Part shown: positions 25,301 through 36,846 of the stretch, piece after piece
Numbering within the stretch: position 1 is the stretch's first letter
Layout: each line of letters opens with the position of its first letter
DNA from: Lepidodermella squamata
Lineage: Eukaryota; Animalia; Gastrotricha
Length of the DNA stretch: 64,000 nucleotides
Direction: 5' to 3'
NCBI GenBank assembly: GCA_047495785.1
Contig: JBLDXI010000011.1
Location: 496,001-560,000 of the forward strand
Notes under the pieces: generated by a model
Databases searched by the model: none
Told to the model about the DNA's origin: nothing
The model's input: the letters and a program-made list of their open reading frames with translations, nothing else
Made by a program: the position numbers and the translations under genes

Positions 25301-28300
25301 TAGACTACCCACAATTATCCAAGTTAATTATTTTCACTGTTGCGCAATCATTTTTCAAGAAAGACTGAATGCGGGGTTTTATCCAATTTTAATTCAAATT
25401 TAAAAGATTTACCAAAGAAGCGAGTCTGCTCGAGAAGAAAATACCTCAAAATTAGCGCGATTGGGGTCTATGCGTACCTAGAACCTTGCTTGAAATTTTT
25501 GACAATTTTTCCCGAGGAAAATTATTGAAAAAAATTCGAAAATTGAAATTTAAAATCATAATTTGACAATTTTAGATTGCGCATCAAAATTGATGAAATT
25601 GAGGTGTGATGGTGTCATATTTTGGGCAAAAATATTAGACCAAACTTTAATAAAATTGGGCTGCTTGTACTACAAAAATGACCTCGAAAAATCAATCAAT
25701 CATGAGAAATACCTCAAACAAATCTATATTTGTTATTTTTGAATTTTCCAGGTATTTTATAGAGCTACAATACATAATACAGGGTGGTTTGAAACTGTCG
25801 CAGTGACGCGATTCGTTGCATAATTCATTTAAGGATGATTTTCGCAAAATTTAAGAATTTTTATAATTGCGGAATCGATCTCTTATATTTGGGTGTGCCA
25901 AGTGCACACCCTAAATTTGAGACTCCAGCACTAGATTTCAATTAAATATGGTTTTTCGAATGCTTAACCGATAGACCTTCACGTTACATGTATTTCGCGC
26001 TATGAGCGGTCAGTTTACGAATTATACTTCAACCTATAAAGCCGATATCGATTCCAAGTATCGATTTGATTTAAAAAATCAGTGATTTTCCCGATATCAG
26101 CCGTCTTTCACGTATCACGTATCACGTAGCTGAAATAAATATCCTACGGGATCAGGGAGGGCATCAGTATCGATCAAAAACCGAAAACGCCGAAATCGCA
26201 AAAAAATCTGAAAAATTTAGTGCCAGGAACATTTAGTGCTGGAACCTCATTTTTAGTGGTGGAAATATTTGGACCCTGTACCAGAGAATTTTATGGATCA
26301 CTTGCCAGCCAACGATGTGATCGGGAAATTGCTATTACCTGATACCGCTAAATTTGAGTTTTAAACCGCCTTGAAGTGACTACGTTACAGTGCCCATCAA
26401 AAATTCACACAAAAATAAAAGCAGCGCTCGTGAGTTTTAGTAAAAATGATGACGCAACAGCCTAAGTAATTAACATCGATAATTACGAAGTAGCTCGTGT
26501 AAATGCGACGAGAGTGCTCACTCCCCATAAAAACCATACAACGCTATGGGGGCCATATGGCAGGGGATTAGCTCATTGTCCTGGAGTACAAAACTGAACT
26601 AATTACAAATCGATCGATCGCACAAATCGCTGGCGCCAGCGCTTCGATTATCGGCTACAGGGTCGGGCTTTGGGTCATCGCTAAACTGAGAGACGGCCGA
26701 TTTTTTGATACCAAATTTACCCAGGTAGCAATTTTAGAAGTGGTCGATAGGTGACCGAGAAGTCAACGTCCCTTTTCGACCTTTTACCTTTGAGGCGGTC
26801 CACACCTGGATCTAAGGTGAAATTGAACGACCTTTTGAAGCCAAGTTATTCATCAGGTGGAGAGGATCATTTTGACACCTGATTTAGATCTGGAACCCCC
26901 ATATTTTGATCGGTGGAAATTTTCAAAATTTTCAAATTTTCAAAAGCAGAAGTAATTCGGAAAACGTCAATGGAAAACTCCAATATTAACAATTTTTTGA
27001 ACAAGGTATTTCAAAATTCCAGCCTAAGAAAACGTCAGAAAAATCAAAATTATAGCTGGACAAATTATGAAATTTAATTTTGTTAAACTATTATTTTGCT
27101 CAATCTAATCTCAATCACTCTTACTCAATCTGATTTTCAAATATTTTCTCAAGTATGATGATCGAAATTAATTTGGGTGAAATAAAATCATGAATTTTCC
27201 AGTCAAGGCTTTAACCAATTTAATTTTACAAAATTAATCATAAATTTTATCAAAAATCCCATCTTATTATTGCGATATTACCACGTCGAAAACATTATTC
27301 TGCAAAGTTTAATATAATTTTAGTTTTCTCCCTCTAAATTCAATATTGTTGAGGTCTACACTAAGCCCCAGGTATGCATAACAATCTCAAAAGCTTCGAA
27401 AATTCGACAATATTTTCCGCAAAATTTTTCGGGATCTCAATTTTAGCTGGACGAAATTGTGGGTACAATGAAGTTCTCGAACACAAAACGAGGCGCTTCA
27501 AAACTGAACAGATCGATGACTTGGATAGAGACGTCATTGCTCAACTCAACTGCCTTCGATTTTCGCGAAGTTTTTCTCACTCTCGACCTTGATCAACCCG
27601 AATAATAAGCCCACGACTATATACAATAATTATTGTAAATTCCTGTGAAATTTTCAGATAATAACTCAAATAAACGGCAATTAAATTCTACAATTTGGGA
27701 ATATTCCGGACTAAAAAATTCAACATATTTTCGAGAAGAATTCGCCAAAAAATTCTTGCCCAAAAATTTCCGAGTCTCATTAGCGATAGAGTCTTCGCAC
27801 AAATTGCAGTCGAAAACTGATTAGCAATTCTGTGGCGTTGGAACTCGCGTTTTGGTGAAGGAATAAATTCCAGCAAATTCACATCAACCCCTGTGGAGGA
27901 GCCCCTCGCTCAATTTTACGCCCACGCTCCGAGGACCGAAATTCGCGAGAATATTGAAAACTTTGATACAAGAAAATTTGAACTGGCGTCGAATTTACTC
28001 CAACCCGATATTATTTAACTAATCAATTGATTACTAATTCAAGAGATAACCTCATAATTGAGTCAAATAGAAGGCTCTCAGGGGAGTAAAATCCAGAGTA
28101 AAAATGCTTCTAAATAGCGAGCTTATTGCCCTCAATGATTTTAAACGAAATCGAACGAAAGCCTAATTTTTGAAGCTACTTTGCCAAGCGATGCCTCGAG
28201 AAAAAATCATCTTCAGTAAATATTCATCGAATTTCGACCATCCCATCGGATCTTAATTTCTATCGATAAGTGATTGATTTTAAAAATATCCATTAGACTT

Positions 28301-31300
28301 GAGCTTTTTAAGCAAGATTATGAAGACCTAATCAGAACTGGAAAATTCAGTTATTTTAGGCCTCTTTCATCTCATAGAAATTTTGAAATTAGGGAAAAAA
28401 CGAATAATCTAAAAAATCTATAAACGATAAAATCCGAAAATTGATCAAATCACGTACGGACTTCGAATGGTTTGAAAATCAGGTTATTTCGATGGGATTT
28501 TAACTGAGCGTGTTCCACGAATAATTTTTAACTCTTACCGATGAGATCAGGGTTAAAATTTTCAGTTAGAATATTAGATTAATAATTTTCCTCGTTCTAT
28601 GCAAAATATTGATTGTTATTTGCTCTAATAAAAATTAGGAAATATACTTTAATTGGCATCTAAATCAATTTTTTCTGCATCTAATATCTTTTTTCCACGT
28701 CTAAATCTTTTTTTCGCATCTACGCCTTTTTTCTACAGCTAATTCTACTTTTTCTCACATCTAATTGAAAAATAGCTGGAATGACTTCAAAAAAATTGAA
28801 AAATGATTCAGCGCGTTTTTCTCGATAGGAAAACATATGTTTCGTTGCCAGATCAGGCGCGCGGAAAAATGCACGTGGGAAAATGTTAATAGAAGAATGC
28901 ACGTGCGAAAGGCGTAGTAAATAAATTGTGCAATAGTCATGTTTAGCGCATGAAGAAACATGTCAAGGAATGGTGGGCCGGAAAACAGCACCCCAAGCTT
29001 TATCGCCGGATAAAGAAGGACATCGATGATCTACAACTGTCGCGCTGTAGAAAAGAGTTCATCATCGTGTCGAAGCTCCTCTACACTGGGAATCATTATA
29101 TGGCTTTGGAAAAGCCTTAAATTGATGTTTTTCTTTCATTTTTCCGTTTTTCTTTTCTTTTCTTTTCGCTAAATAAAGCGATTTACCTATGTTCTGGCAA
29201 CAAAACATATGTTTTCTTACCGAGAAAAACGCGCTGAATCATTTTTCAATTTTTTTGAAGTCATTCCAGCTATTTTTAAATTAGATGTGAGAAAAAGTAG
29301 AATTAGCTGTAGAAAAAAGGCGTAGATGCGAAAAAAAGATTTAGATGTGGAAAAAAGATATTAGATGCAGAAAAAAATGAATTAGATGAATATTAAAGTA
29401 TGGTCCAAAATTAGGCTGGTCGGAAAATAAGCGGCGCAAATAAACTCACGGTTGGCGAGACACTTTCGGGTACAACGTAGGCGCCCGTGTACGGCTCGTA
29501 GGCCTTCGCCCCAACCGCCTGCACGGCGATCGGCTCGTTCGGGTTCAGGGCGATGGGCGGGGCGAAACTGGGCATCGCGCGGCCTCGACCGCCTCCGCCA
29601 CCCATCGGACGACCGCCACCGGCACCTGGGCCACCGCGCATCGGGCGCCGGTTGGCCATTCCTCCTCGCATCGGAGCAGCCCTGAAACGAAATTAAAAAT
29701 CAGCTAAAAATATTAAATATTTCCCACTGGGAATAACTGGGTGAAAGGCTATAATTGTCAAATGAAAATCACCGCAAAAAAATTGATTAAATGGAATTTA
29801 TTAAAATTCAATAATTTTATCCTGATTTTTTTAGGATGGTCGAAAAAGCTACCAATGGGTTCTAATAAAAAATCAATTAAAAAAATAAAAAAAAATTATC
29901 AAAAATAATTCCCTTAATAATGAGCGAGATTTTGCGGTTTCGGCTGCAACTATCCAAAAAAAGAATTCAAACAATATTCTAACTAAAAAGAGACTTAAAG
30001 GTAAATTCTGAGGGGAAATCATGCCTTCGAAATAATTTTTTCTGCATCAGATATTTTCTCAATAATTTTACCATAGTATAAAATAATTCCCACCTCCCTC
30101 CTCCAACGTCACCTCGGACCCCTTAAAGCCCGGTCGATACGAATTCCGATCATTTTTTATTTTTTGTGCCTTGCTAGCGTCTTTTAAGGTCGGCCATCGA
30201 AAAAATTGAAAATTCGACTCGGGTGAGCGTTAGCTCAAATTTAAAGTTTAGTTTTTCAAAAAATCTCTAAATAAATTTCTGCGCATGCCAATGAGGTATA
30301 TTACCATAACTTATTTTTTATAAAATCAGGGTGAAAAGTAAAAAATTCCGCAAAGTATCCCAGCCATTTGAAATCGGCATATCCTTGTGTCCTACAAAAT
30401 TTACGTATATTTTTTCTGAATTTTCCAGAGCCGAAAAACATGGTTTTGTCCGAAATAAAAACTTAAGGTACTTATAATACGAATTTAATTCTCTATTAAA
30501 TTGTAGAACAATGCCAGAATATGTTCTCTGAATTAGTACCATTTTTAAATACTCGCTTAAAATGCGACATACAGCATCGTTTATCTCGAAAGAATAAGCG
30601 GTAGTCCTAGTGTAGGGCATCGGCTCCATGATGACCGAAGATAGGGATATTAATATTTGATGTTATTTAATAACAATGAAGTTGATGAAGCACACAACTA
30701 GAATATCAATGCCGCTTGACAAAGAAAACAACTAATTAATAATAGAAAATGAACTTGCCACGTGCTTCTTCCATTATAAGTTTAATTCGTTCATAACATA
30801 ATAATATATAAATTACCCCTTTAACGAAACATACGCGGAGACTTGAATTAAAAATGAATGTTCAAAAACTGCATAAAAAAATTAAAAAAATCAGAAGTTT
30901 TCATTCAAGAGTTATCAGGTCAGCATTCATCATGCTATCCATCAACCATCAGAATAAATAATTCAACCAACTTTTTCATTTTTTTTAAATAATTTTTAAA
31001 ATTGGAGGGTGACGTTTTGCATTAATACTTAAGGTATGAACACTTCCAAAACCTCAAATCTCAACGACATTAATATTCAGATAAATATTCAGATAAATAT
31101 TTCAGGGCTTACTTGGCTTGAAAACCACCACCGCGACCTCCTCGAGCCGGCATCGACTGCTGCATGGCCTTGCCCTTCGGCTGATCTTTCACTGCCGACA
31201 ACGGTGCCAAGGGCGCGACATCGCCGGATGGTTGCAAAACGTGGGCGCATGTGTTCAAGAAGTCGAATATGATCAGCATCTGCTCGCGAACTGCGTGAAT

Positions 31301-31903
31301 GTCAAGTCCAGCAGGGAATTTCAGCGCTGGCATAACCGGAACTGGTGGCAGAGGCATGGGCGGAGGCAAGCTTGAGACTGCGGTCTGATTCTCAGCCGAT
31401 TTCCCACCTCTGCTAACAACCGAGGCAGCTTTGCCACGACCGCGACCCACCGGAGAGCCCCGAACTGAGCCTGCCTTGCTGGGTGAGCTCACTGGAGTAT
31501 CAGCCTGCTTCTTACCGCCTTTCTTCGTCGCGTTTTCCATTGAAGGAGACCATTCAACGTCACTGCCTACCAAATCAGGATTCTCGTGACCATCTTCCTC
31601 CTCATCATCACTCTCTTCGTCTTCATCCTCATCACTGTTATCGTCTTCAGCTCCACTGTCATCGTCATCCTCCTCCTCTTCATCTTTGTAGTCTTCAAAC
31701 TCCTCCTTCGCAACGATAGGACGCTTCAAGCCAGCGGGAGGAGTGACCGTTTTACTCTCAGCTTTCACGACTTTAGGCTCCGCCTTCACGGGCTCGGCTT
31801 TCACAGCAACTTTCTTCACGTTACTCTCAACATCAACATCTGAATCGTCAGCAATTTCGATCTTTGCGAACTTTCCACCGCGACCTCTTCCGCGTCCAGA
31901 CAT
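10360..31903 (-). CDS. RGG/acidic N-terminus plus tandem-BRCT protein, 53BP1/Crb2-like (exons 31113-31903, 29450-29681, 24649-25032, 22490-22737, 10460-10499, 10360-10407; about 580 aa)
   Basis: All six exons join in frame with canonical GT-AG sites (phases 2,0,0,2,0; 1743 nt). BRCT1 CIAPAWVLEC...YVLPAG and BRCT2 IFGGRKVVVV...TADWLAQSLLVG resemble the 53BP1 C-terminus. Linking exons 1-2 to exon 3 is inferred from phase compatibility only. Confidence 0.75.
10830..11392. mobile_element. Tc1/mariner-like MITE with about 140-bp TIRs
   Basis: About 10836-10975 is the near-perfect reverse complement of about 11248-11386; TA flanks both ends. Confidence 0.75.
11816..12817 (-). CDS. Secreted Cys/Thr/Ser-rich protein, copy 2 (4 exons: 12485-12817, 12307-12429, 12001-12252, 11816-11944; 278 aa), nested in intron 4 of the BRCT gene
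   Basis: Signal peptide; three phase-0 GT-AG introns; open frame; paralogous to 4776-5725. Confidence 0.85.
14885..15094. mobile_element. 210-bp palindromic MITE-like element
   Basis: cagagtaagcactcaagctaaa ... tttagcttgagtgcttactctg, with further internal pairing; no clear TSD. Confidence 0.65.
15783..16114. mobile_element. MITE-like element with 19-bp imperfect TIRs
   Basis: acgggcgccgtccttcaca ... tgtgaacgacggcgcccgt. Confidence 0.5.
16953..17621. mobile_element. Nested inverted-repeat elements: inner 18-bp perfect IR (16968-16985 / 17453-17470) inside an outer element with TGCGCAAGTGG-type repeats
   Basis: aactattgaggcgtcatt / aatgacgcctcaatagtt; ccccacttgcgcaac / gttgcgcaagtgggg plus tandem gcaagtg units at 17560-17612. 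Confidence 0.55.
18473..19373. mobile_element. Non-autonomous hAT-type element nested in the Mutator-like element, 901 bp
   Basis: Termini CAGGGTAT / ATACCCTG; perfect 8-bp TSD cacatttc; subterminal AAACCGG repeats at both ends. Confidence 0.9.
19426..21940 (+). pseudogene. Spliced (about 10 exons) transposase-derived gene: NOF-FB/MULE-like N-terminal half, three AT-hooks and an OTU domain; probably disabled
   Basis: YIQ..VHPFAIYLWT..SIDASGSVV..KRMLYYA resembles the first catalytic-Asp region of NOF-FB/MULE transposases. RGRP occurs three times; OTU motifs DGNCLFRA and NHYGSL are present. There is an apparent frameshift near 20410-20450 and no visible second D/E block. Confidence 0.7.
23812..24174. 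mobile_element. MITE with about 41-bp imperfect TIRs and GGGG...CCCC ends
   Basis: ggggtcctccacaaagcagcaggcttcaaa / ttttgaagcctgctgcttcgtgggggacccc; flanks aagtggt/aagtgat may be a 7-bp TSD. Confidence 0.65.
25049..25100. repeat. (TTCAAA)n tandem repeat next to the exon 3 acceptor
   Basis: aattcaaattcaaattcaaattcaaaattcaaaattcaaaa. Confidence 0.7.
28647..29398. mobile_element. Foldback-type MITE with about 205-bp TIRs built from about 20-bp CATCTAA...T-tract subrepeats
   Basis: 28644-28852 is the near-perfect reverse complement of 29193-29401; TA flanks both ends. Confidence 0.8.
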
Positions 31904-32644
31904 TTTTGCTAAATACAATAACCTTGCAAACTGAAGCCTAGTTCGAAAGAAATTGGCGATCAATATTAACGGATGGCAAGCAGAACAAAAAGATGGCGAC
32001 TGCGATAAATGAAGTTACCTGAACGAAGCAAGATGTGAAACTGCAGAACTCCCTAATGAACGCGCGATGAAGTGCGCGAAGTGCGACAAAATGTGCATGA
32101 AAATAGCGCCAAAACTAATCAAATTCAAAAACGTACTCATCAATAAAATGTTAGTGAAAATGTAAATAAAACAACAATTTAAAATATTTAAAGTTCTAAA
32201 ATATTCAAAATTGACTGCTGCCTTGCTGCATGAAAAATCAGCCGTCACCTATATCGATCTGCGTTTTTTGTGTGTGGAATGACTGCAGAGGCTGCGGGCT
32301 GCGTCCTAGTCACAAGTGCAATAAGTGTGGCCACTTTGCCCAAAACATGTTTCGATGTGAGTAACCTTTTATAATGGGCAGTTTTAGGTCTGAGATCTCT
32401 GCTATGCAGATCGAGCTGAACACAATCGACCGATGGATGAAGGCAAATCGACTAGCCAAGTTATGTCGATCGCCGACAATTCTAGTGCCGAACCCATCGA
32501 AGAGTCACTAAACGGGCGAACACTAAGTCGCACTGGTGAACCAAGTTAAATAGGTTTCCCGTTCGATTCCCGTTCGTGCTGGTCACCAAACCTCGATTTC
32601 ATGGAGGATCAGCCAGTTTTACCAGTTTTATCGTTATCTATCTT

Positions 32645-33215
32645 AGAAGCAAATGCGAAAAGTATAATGCCCATCTAATGGTATGCGATTCATCAACGAA
32701 CAACTGTCTGTCCAAATGTGTACCCGCACCCTGCTCTAGCGATCCAACATGCACACCATCCGCCAATCTATGCGACGCGGTTTTGTATCATGAAATCAGC
32801 TACAAATTGCCCGGCAGGACAAACTGGCGCGAGCCATGTGAGCCAAGCCTCCTTAATCATTCTTCTCATTTTTGAATTTTGATGTATCAGCCCTCTTTCA
32901 ATTCGTGCCAAATAACAGCAAGGAAAGGAGATTCAGTCTTAAAAAGTAATGATCAATTTTGCACAGTTAACACTGTTGCTTGCGACTCCGTACTAACCAT
33001 TGGGAAAACTGCGAGGATTAGCTGAATTTATTTCACTTCAAACACTGATGCTCTCTCAGGTATCTCCCCGGTTGAACCGGTGCTCGTCAGGCTCCAAGTT
33101 TCCAAGAGTGTTGTATGCTTCTATCGCAGAGAACTGTCACATTTGAAAAAATGGGCACCGGTTCTTATGACGTTTCTGGTTCTGACTTCAGCCGAGCCGC
33201 TTGAACTTACATTGG
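32645..33215 (+). pseudogene. Degenerate third member of the secreted Cys-rich family (exon 1, 2 and 4 homologues)
   Basis: VCDSSTNNCLSK...CIMKSATNCPAGQ, PSFNSCQITARKGDSVLKSNDQFCTVNTVACDSVL and FQECCMLLSQ align with copies 1 and 2; there is a frameshift and damaged donors. Confidence 0.7.
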
Positions 33216-33495
33216 GTTCGCAAATCTTGTCGTTTTATTTCAATAACTTGGTGTGATCTTTTTGCACAAATTATGAATCATCGCCATGCAAAAATGCAGC
33301 GATGATTCATAATTATTAGCTGTTGTTCGCACTAAGAAGATAACTAAGAAGATAACGTTGAGCTAACATGGTTTCTCCCTTTGATGGACGGTGATGTTTC
33401 ATCGCCTGTCTTCGCCCTCTTCAAAACCGGTCAAAGTCCTGAAGAGAACAAATAAAGCTATTATTACAAAACACAAATAAAAAATCGAAGCGGGA

Positions 33496-33951
33496 TGTCT
33501 GTACTTGCGCAAACGATTCTGCACAAAAGCATTTGCACAAAATATTTTGCACAAACTCCATTTTTCAAGCGGAATCAAGCTTAATAAGAAAATTGAATAT
33601 ACCAAATTGAAGACAAAGCCCATTGGCATCAAAGACTGATTTCGGGCCTTGCTTTCTGAGATACTTTAGTGCGTCCGATTCGAGTTTAAATTACAAGGGG
33701 TGGCGAGTTTCACGTTCGGATCTAGGGCAATGATGAATTGATAAAATGAAGCTGAAGTCGATCAATCAATGCTGCCATGTCCATTTTTTCTGCTTTTATC
33801 ACTCAAGACTGCCCTGCTGTTGCATTAGACAGATTTTCTAAGCAATGAATGTTGATATCCGATATGAAAATGGAGTTTGTGCAAAATATTTTGTGCAACT
33901 GCATTTGTGCAAATGCTTTTGTGCAAAATTGTTAGTGCAAGTATACAGGCA
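33496..33951. mobile_element. Foldback-like element with TGCACAA subrepeat arms
   Basis: Left arm gcacaaaagcatttgcacaaaatattttgcacaaactccattt is inverted relative to 33867-33950. Confidence 0.7.
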
Positions 33952-35054
33952 AATCATCGAAGCTTGGTGATTTGCAAGAATGTTCATTGTTACGTCTGTC
34001 AAGTTCAAGCCTGTGAGTTTGTACTCGTCGGCGATCGGGTCGCAGCAGGGCGAAGCGAAGTGGTTAAGTAACTGGTCATCGAGAGTAATGGACAGTGCCA
34101 TCTTCCAGTTTCATGTGCCTACTCGAGGTCTGCTCGAGCCGCCGCAGGGACCCATGAGACGCGATACATAACAGAAATGTAGATTTTTTGAATTGAATAA
34201 AACAATTAAGTATAAATCTATATTGTGAAGACTTCATGGTGTAACCTCGCGGAAGTCTGTTTTTGAAAGATATCACTCCAATGCAATTTAAATAGCCTGG
34301 CCCCGGGGTTGCCTGGTCTATAATCATCGAAAGGTGAAAACATCATTGATAATAGAATTGAAAACAATTTACTTGAACCTGAAACTCCTGTCTGATTCGA
34401 TCTGTGCTATGGTTGACGACATAAGGCCGTCCTAGGCTGCACGGTACAGGTCCCTGCGATTTCCAATGAAGCTGCAGGTTTAAACTGCAAGCAGTCTAAA
34501 CGGTCCATACATCTCACCAAGTACTAATGCATGCTTCTATAGGCATAGCAGTTGAAATTGTCTCCGATTGCAGGATAGAGAGAGTGAATTTTAGTTAAAC
34601 GTTATAGGACGCACTTCACTGGATGATTAGTTTTCCCAATGCTTAATTTCAATAGGACAGCTCGAAACTTTTCTATGATTCATGATTTAGGGATGATTCA
34701 TTTTACATTTTTAAGCGGCGAATAGCATATTGAATAGAAGCGCCGCATTCATATGCGAAGCGTAGGTTGAATAATGATACTTCCAAGTTACAAAACCAAG
34801 TTGCAGAAATTATTCTTACTATCTTGACCCAATTTATACTGATATAATATGCCTGATGTAATCTGGAATGCGTGGAACATTTCCTGAACTGATTACTTTG
34901 CGTTAAAATGTGTAATGCCAGAGGCTATTAATAATTTATTGCAACTTGGAATACGCGATGTAACATGGAAATCGCACGCCTTCGCGATCCGCAGCCAACA
35001 TGAGAAGCATACAATGAATCCAGCTATTTAAGATGAATAAAGACATTGGCAACT

Positions 35055-35062
35055 ATATAAGT
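35055..35062 (+). promoter_or_regulatory. Candidate TATA box of the transporter gene
   Basis: TATATAAG about 80 nt upstream of the ATG at 35139. Confidence 0.4.
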
Positions 35063-35138
35063 ATAAGCCATCGCTGCAGCGCACGCATCCGCATTTCTTC
35101 ATAAGTCTTATAAAGTTATATTCCAACTGCGACTAGCA

Positions 35139-36703
35139 ATGACTACTGGAAGAGCTCCCATAAGTAGCAATGCAAGGCGAGCACAGCAATATCTCGGAAT
35201 ATTCGTGGCCTGTTACATGAGTATTGTCGTTGACGGTCACTTTTATGCTTTCGGCTTGCTGAAGCTAGAAATGGAAAAAGAGTACCCCGACACTCCAACC
35301 GAATCAATCTCGCTAATCGGCGGTCTCTATGCAACGTGTTACCTACTTTTTGGTAAGTTTGACGATTTTCTATTGATTCTATTGATATTTTCAAGCATTA
35401 ATTTCCAGCTCCGATTGGCATGGCTATACTCGCTGCTTTCGGCTTGAAAACCGTCTCAATTCTAGGAACCTCACTTCATGTCCTCGGCTTTTTTCTTGCC
35501 TTTCTGGGGCAATGGATCAAATGGGGATTCGTCCTCGACGTCATTTTTGTCGGCATCCTACCAGGTCTTTTTTTCTCAAAAAAGCCTAGGTTTTCCTTAA
35601 TTTCTCGATCCAGGAATTGGCGGTGCTCTAATGTTTGGTCCTTCGATTGTTGGTGCGCCGGATCAATACGGGAAAGATGCTGGTATTCACAAAGCTATCA
35701 CCACTTCAATCGCAACGGCCGGGTCGCCCGCCGGGGCTCTGTTGTACGGCTTTCTGTTCAAATACTTCCTGATGGCAACGCCATTCGGTTGGCGAGGGGT
35801 TATGCTCTTCTACGCAATCATGGCTGCTGTGATCATCCCGTTGAGTTTCACGTTCTACAAACTGCCTGAGGACCCTCTACCAGCCGGGCAACGCCCTCCG
35901 ACCGCATTGGAACGGTTCAAAGACAAAGTAGCTGGGCAGTTCACAAAGAAAATTTGGAGTTGCAGCAACAAAGCGTTCTTCGCTTTCCTCATCTCAACGT
36001 CATTCGCCGTCCTGGGATACCCAGTCGCTACGCTTCTTGTCAACACGATGGCGAAAGACCCTAAAATGGGCATCAGCGACACCACGGAGAGGAACCTCAT
36101 TTTCTACTGGGGCATATCAAACGTCATCGGCCGCTTGTCCCTTGGCTCGCTACCGAAATGGGCTAACCACAGCAAGGTTTTCTTCTCCTCTTATTCTATC
36201 TACGTATTGTCGCAAATTCTTTCTGCTGCTGATGTTTCGTTGTTCCCACTCTACATGTCAAGCGGGGATGTTGCCTTCATTCTATTTATCGTTTCCTACG
36301 GCTTCATTTCTGCGCCCATCATGGCAATTCGAAGCACATATTTAGGCGATCTTTTCTACCCGAGCGATGGCAAAACGACCGAGCAAGAAGCTAACGAAAT
36401 CAAGAATGCCTCATTTGGCTGGCAATTGGTCAGTGACGGCATATTTGCGTGGATCGGATTCTACGTGTCAAGTAAATATTTTTCAATTTTCAATTGCATC
36501 ATATTCAAGACATTTTCTTAGCTATGTTGAACAACATATCACCGTTGTACAGTTGCTTGTTCGCAGGGGGGACTTTGTTGGCTGGTGCCATCACCCTAGC
36601 CCTTACGTTCAGCCCCTACTTCAAAGGTCTCAGCAGCAGACTAGAGCATGCGAAGGCCGCTCCTGCTGAGAAAATTCCTCTAGCCGAAGTCGCTTCCGAA
36701 TAA
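35139..36703 (+). CDS. MFS transporter, monocarboxylate/aromatic amino acid (SLC16-like); 4 exons with about 50-nt introns
   Basis: About 12 hydrophobic helices; YAFGLL..E, AGSPAG, FGWRG and GRL motifs typical of SLC16; introns near 35353-35408, 35564-35613 and 36472-36521. Confidence 0.8.
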
Positions 36704-36846
36704 TCTAATTCAAATCTTGCTTGCCCTGTGATTCGTCCCAGTATTAATTTTTTCTCGAATTTTGAGTTAAATTGAAAATTTAACTAATTTTTCTTTTCAT
36801 TTTTTCCCTTAGACTTTAATTAAAAATTGCGAAGTTTATTCGAAGA

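Noticed and set aside
25100-28600. Additional BRCT-gene exons such as Tudor domains
   Set aside because: No GC-rich open segment with splice sites was seen; the region looks like decayed repeats, although small exons could be missed.
28644-29401. CRISPR-like array in the 20-bp subrepeats
   Set aside because: Eukaryotic context, no unique spacers, and the repeats form inverted arms of a foldback element.
31109-31963. Stand-alone nucleolin/FKBP-like acidic protein
   Set aside because: The ORF ends at a GTAAG donor that splices in frame to 29681, and no RRM or FKBP domain is visible.
33600-34330. Possible coding remnants
   Set aside because: Short frames with stops, interrupted by a foldback arm, and no recognisable motif.
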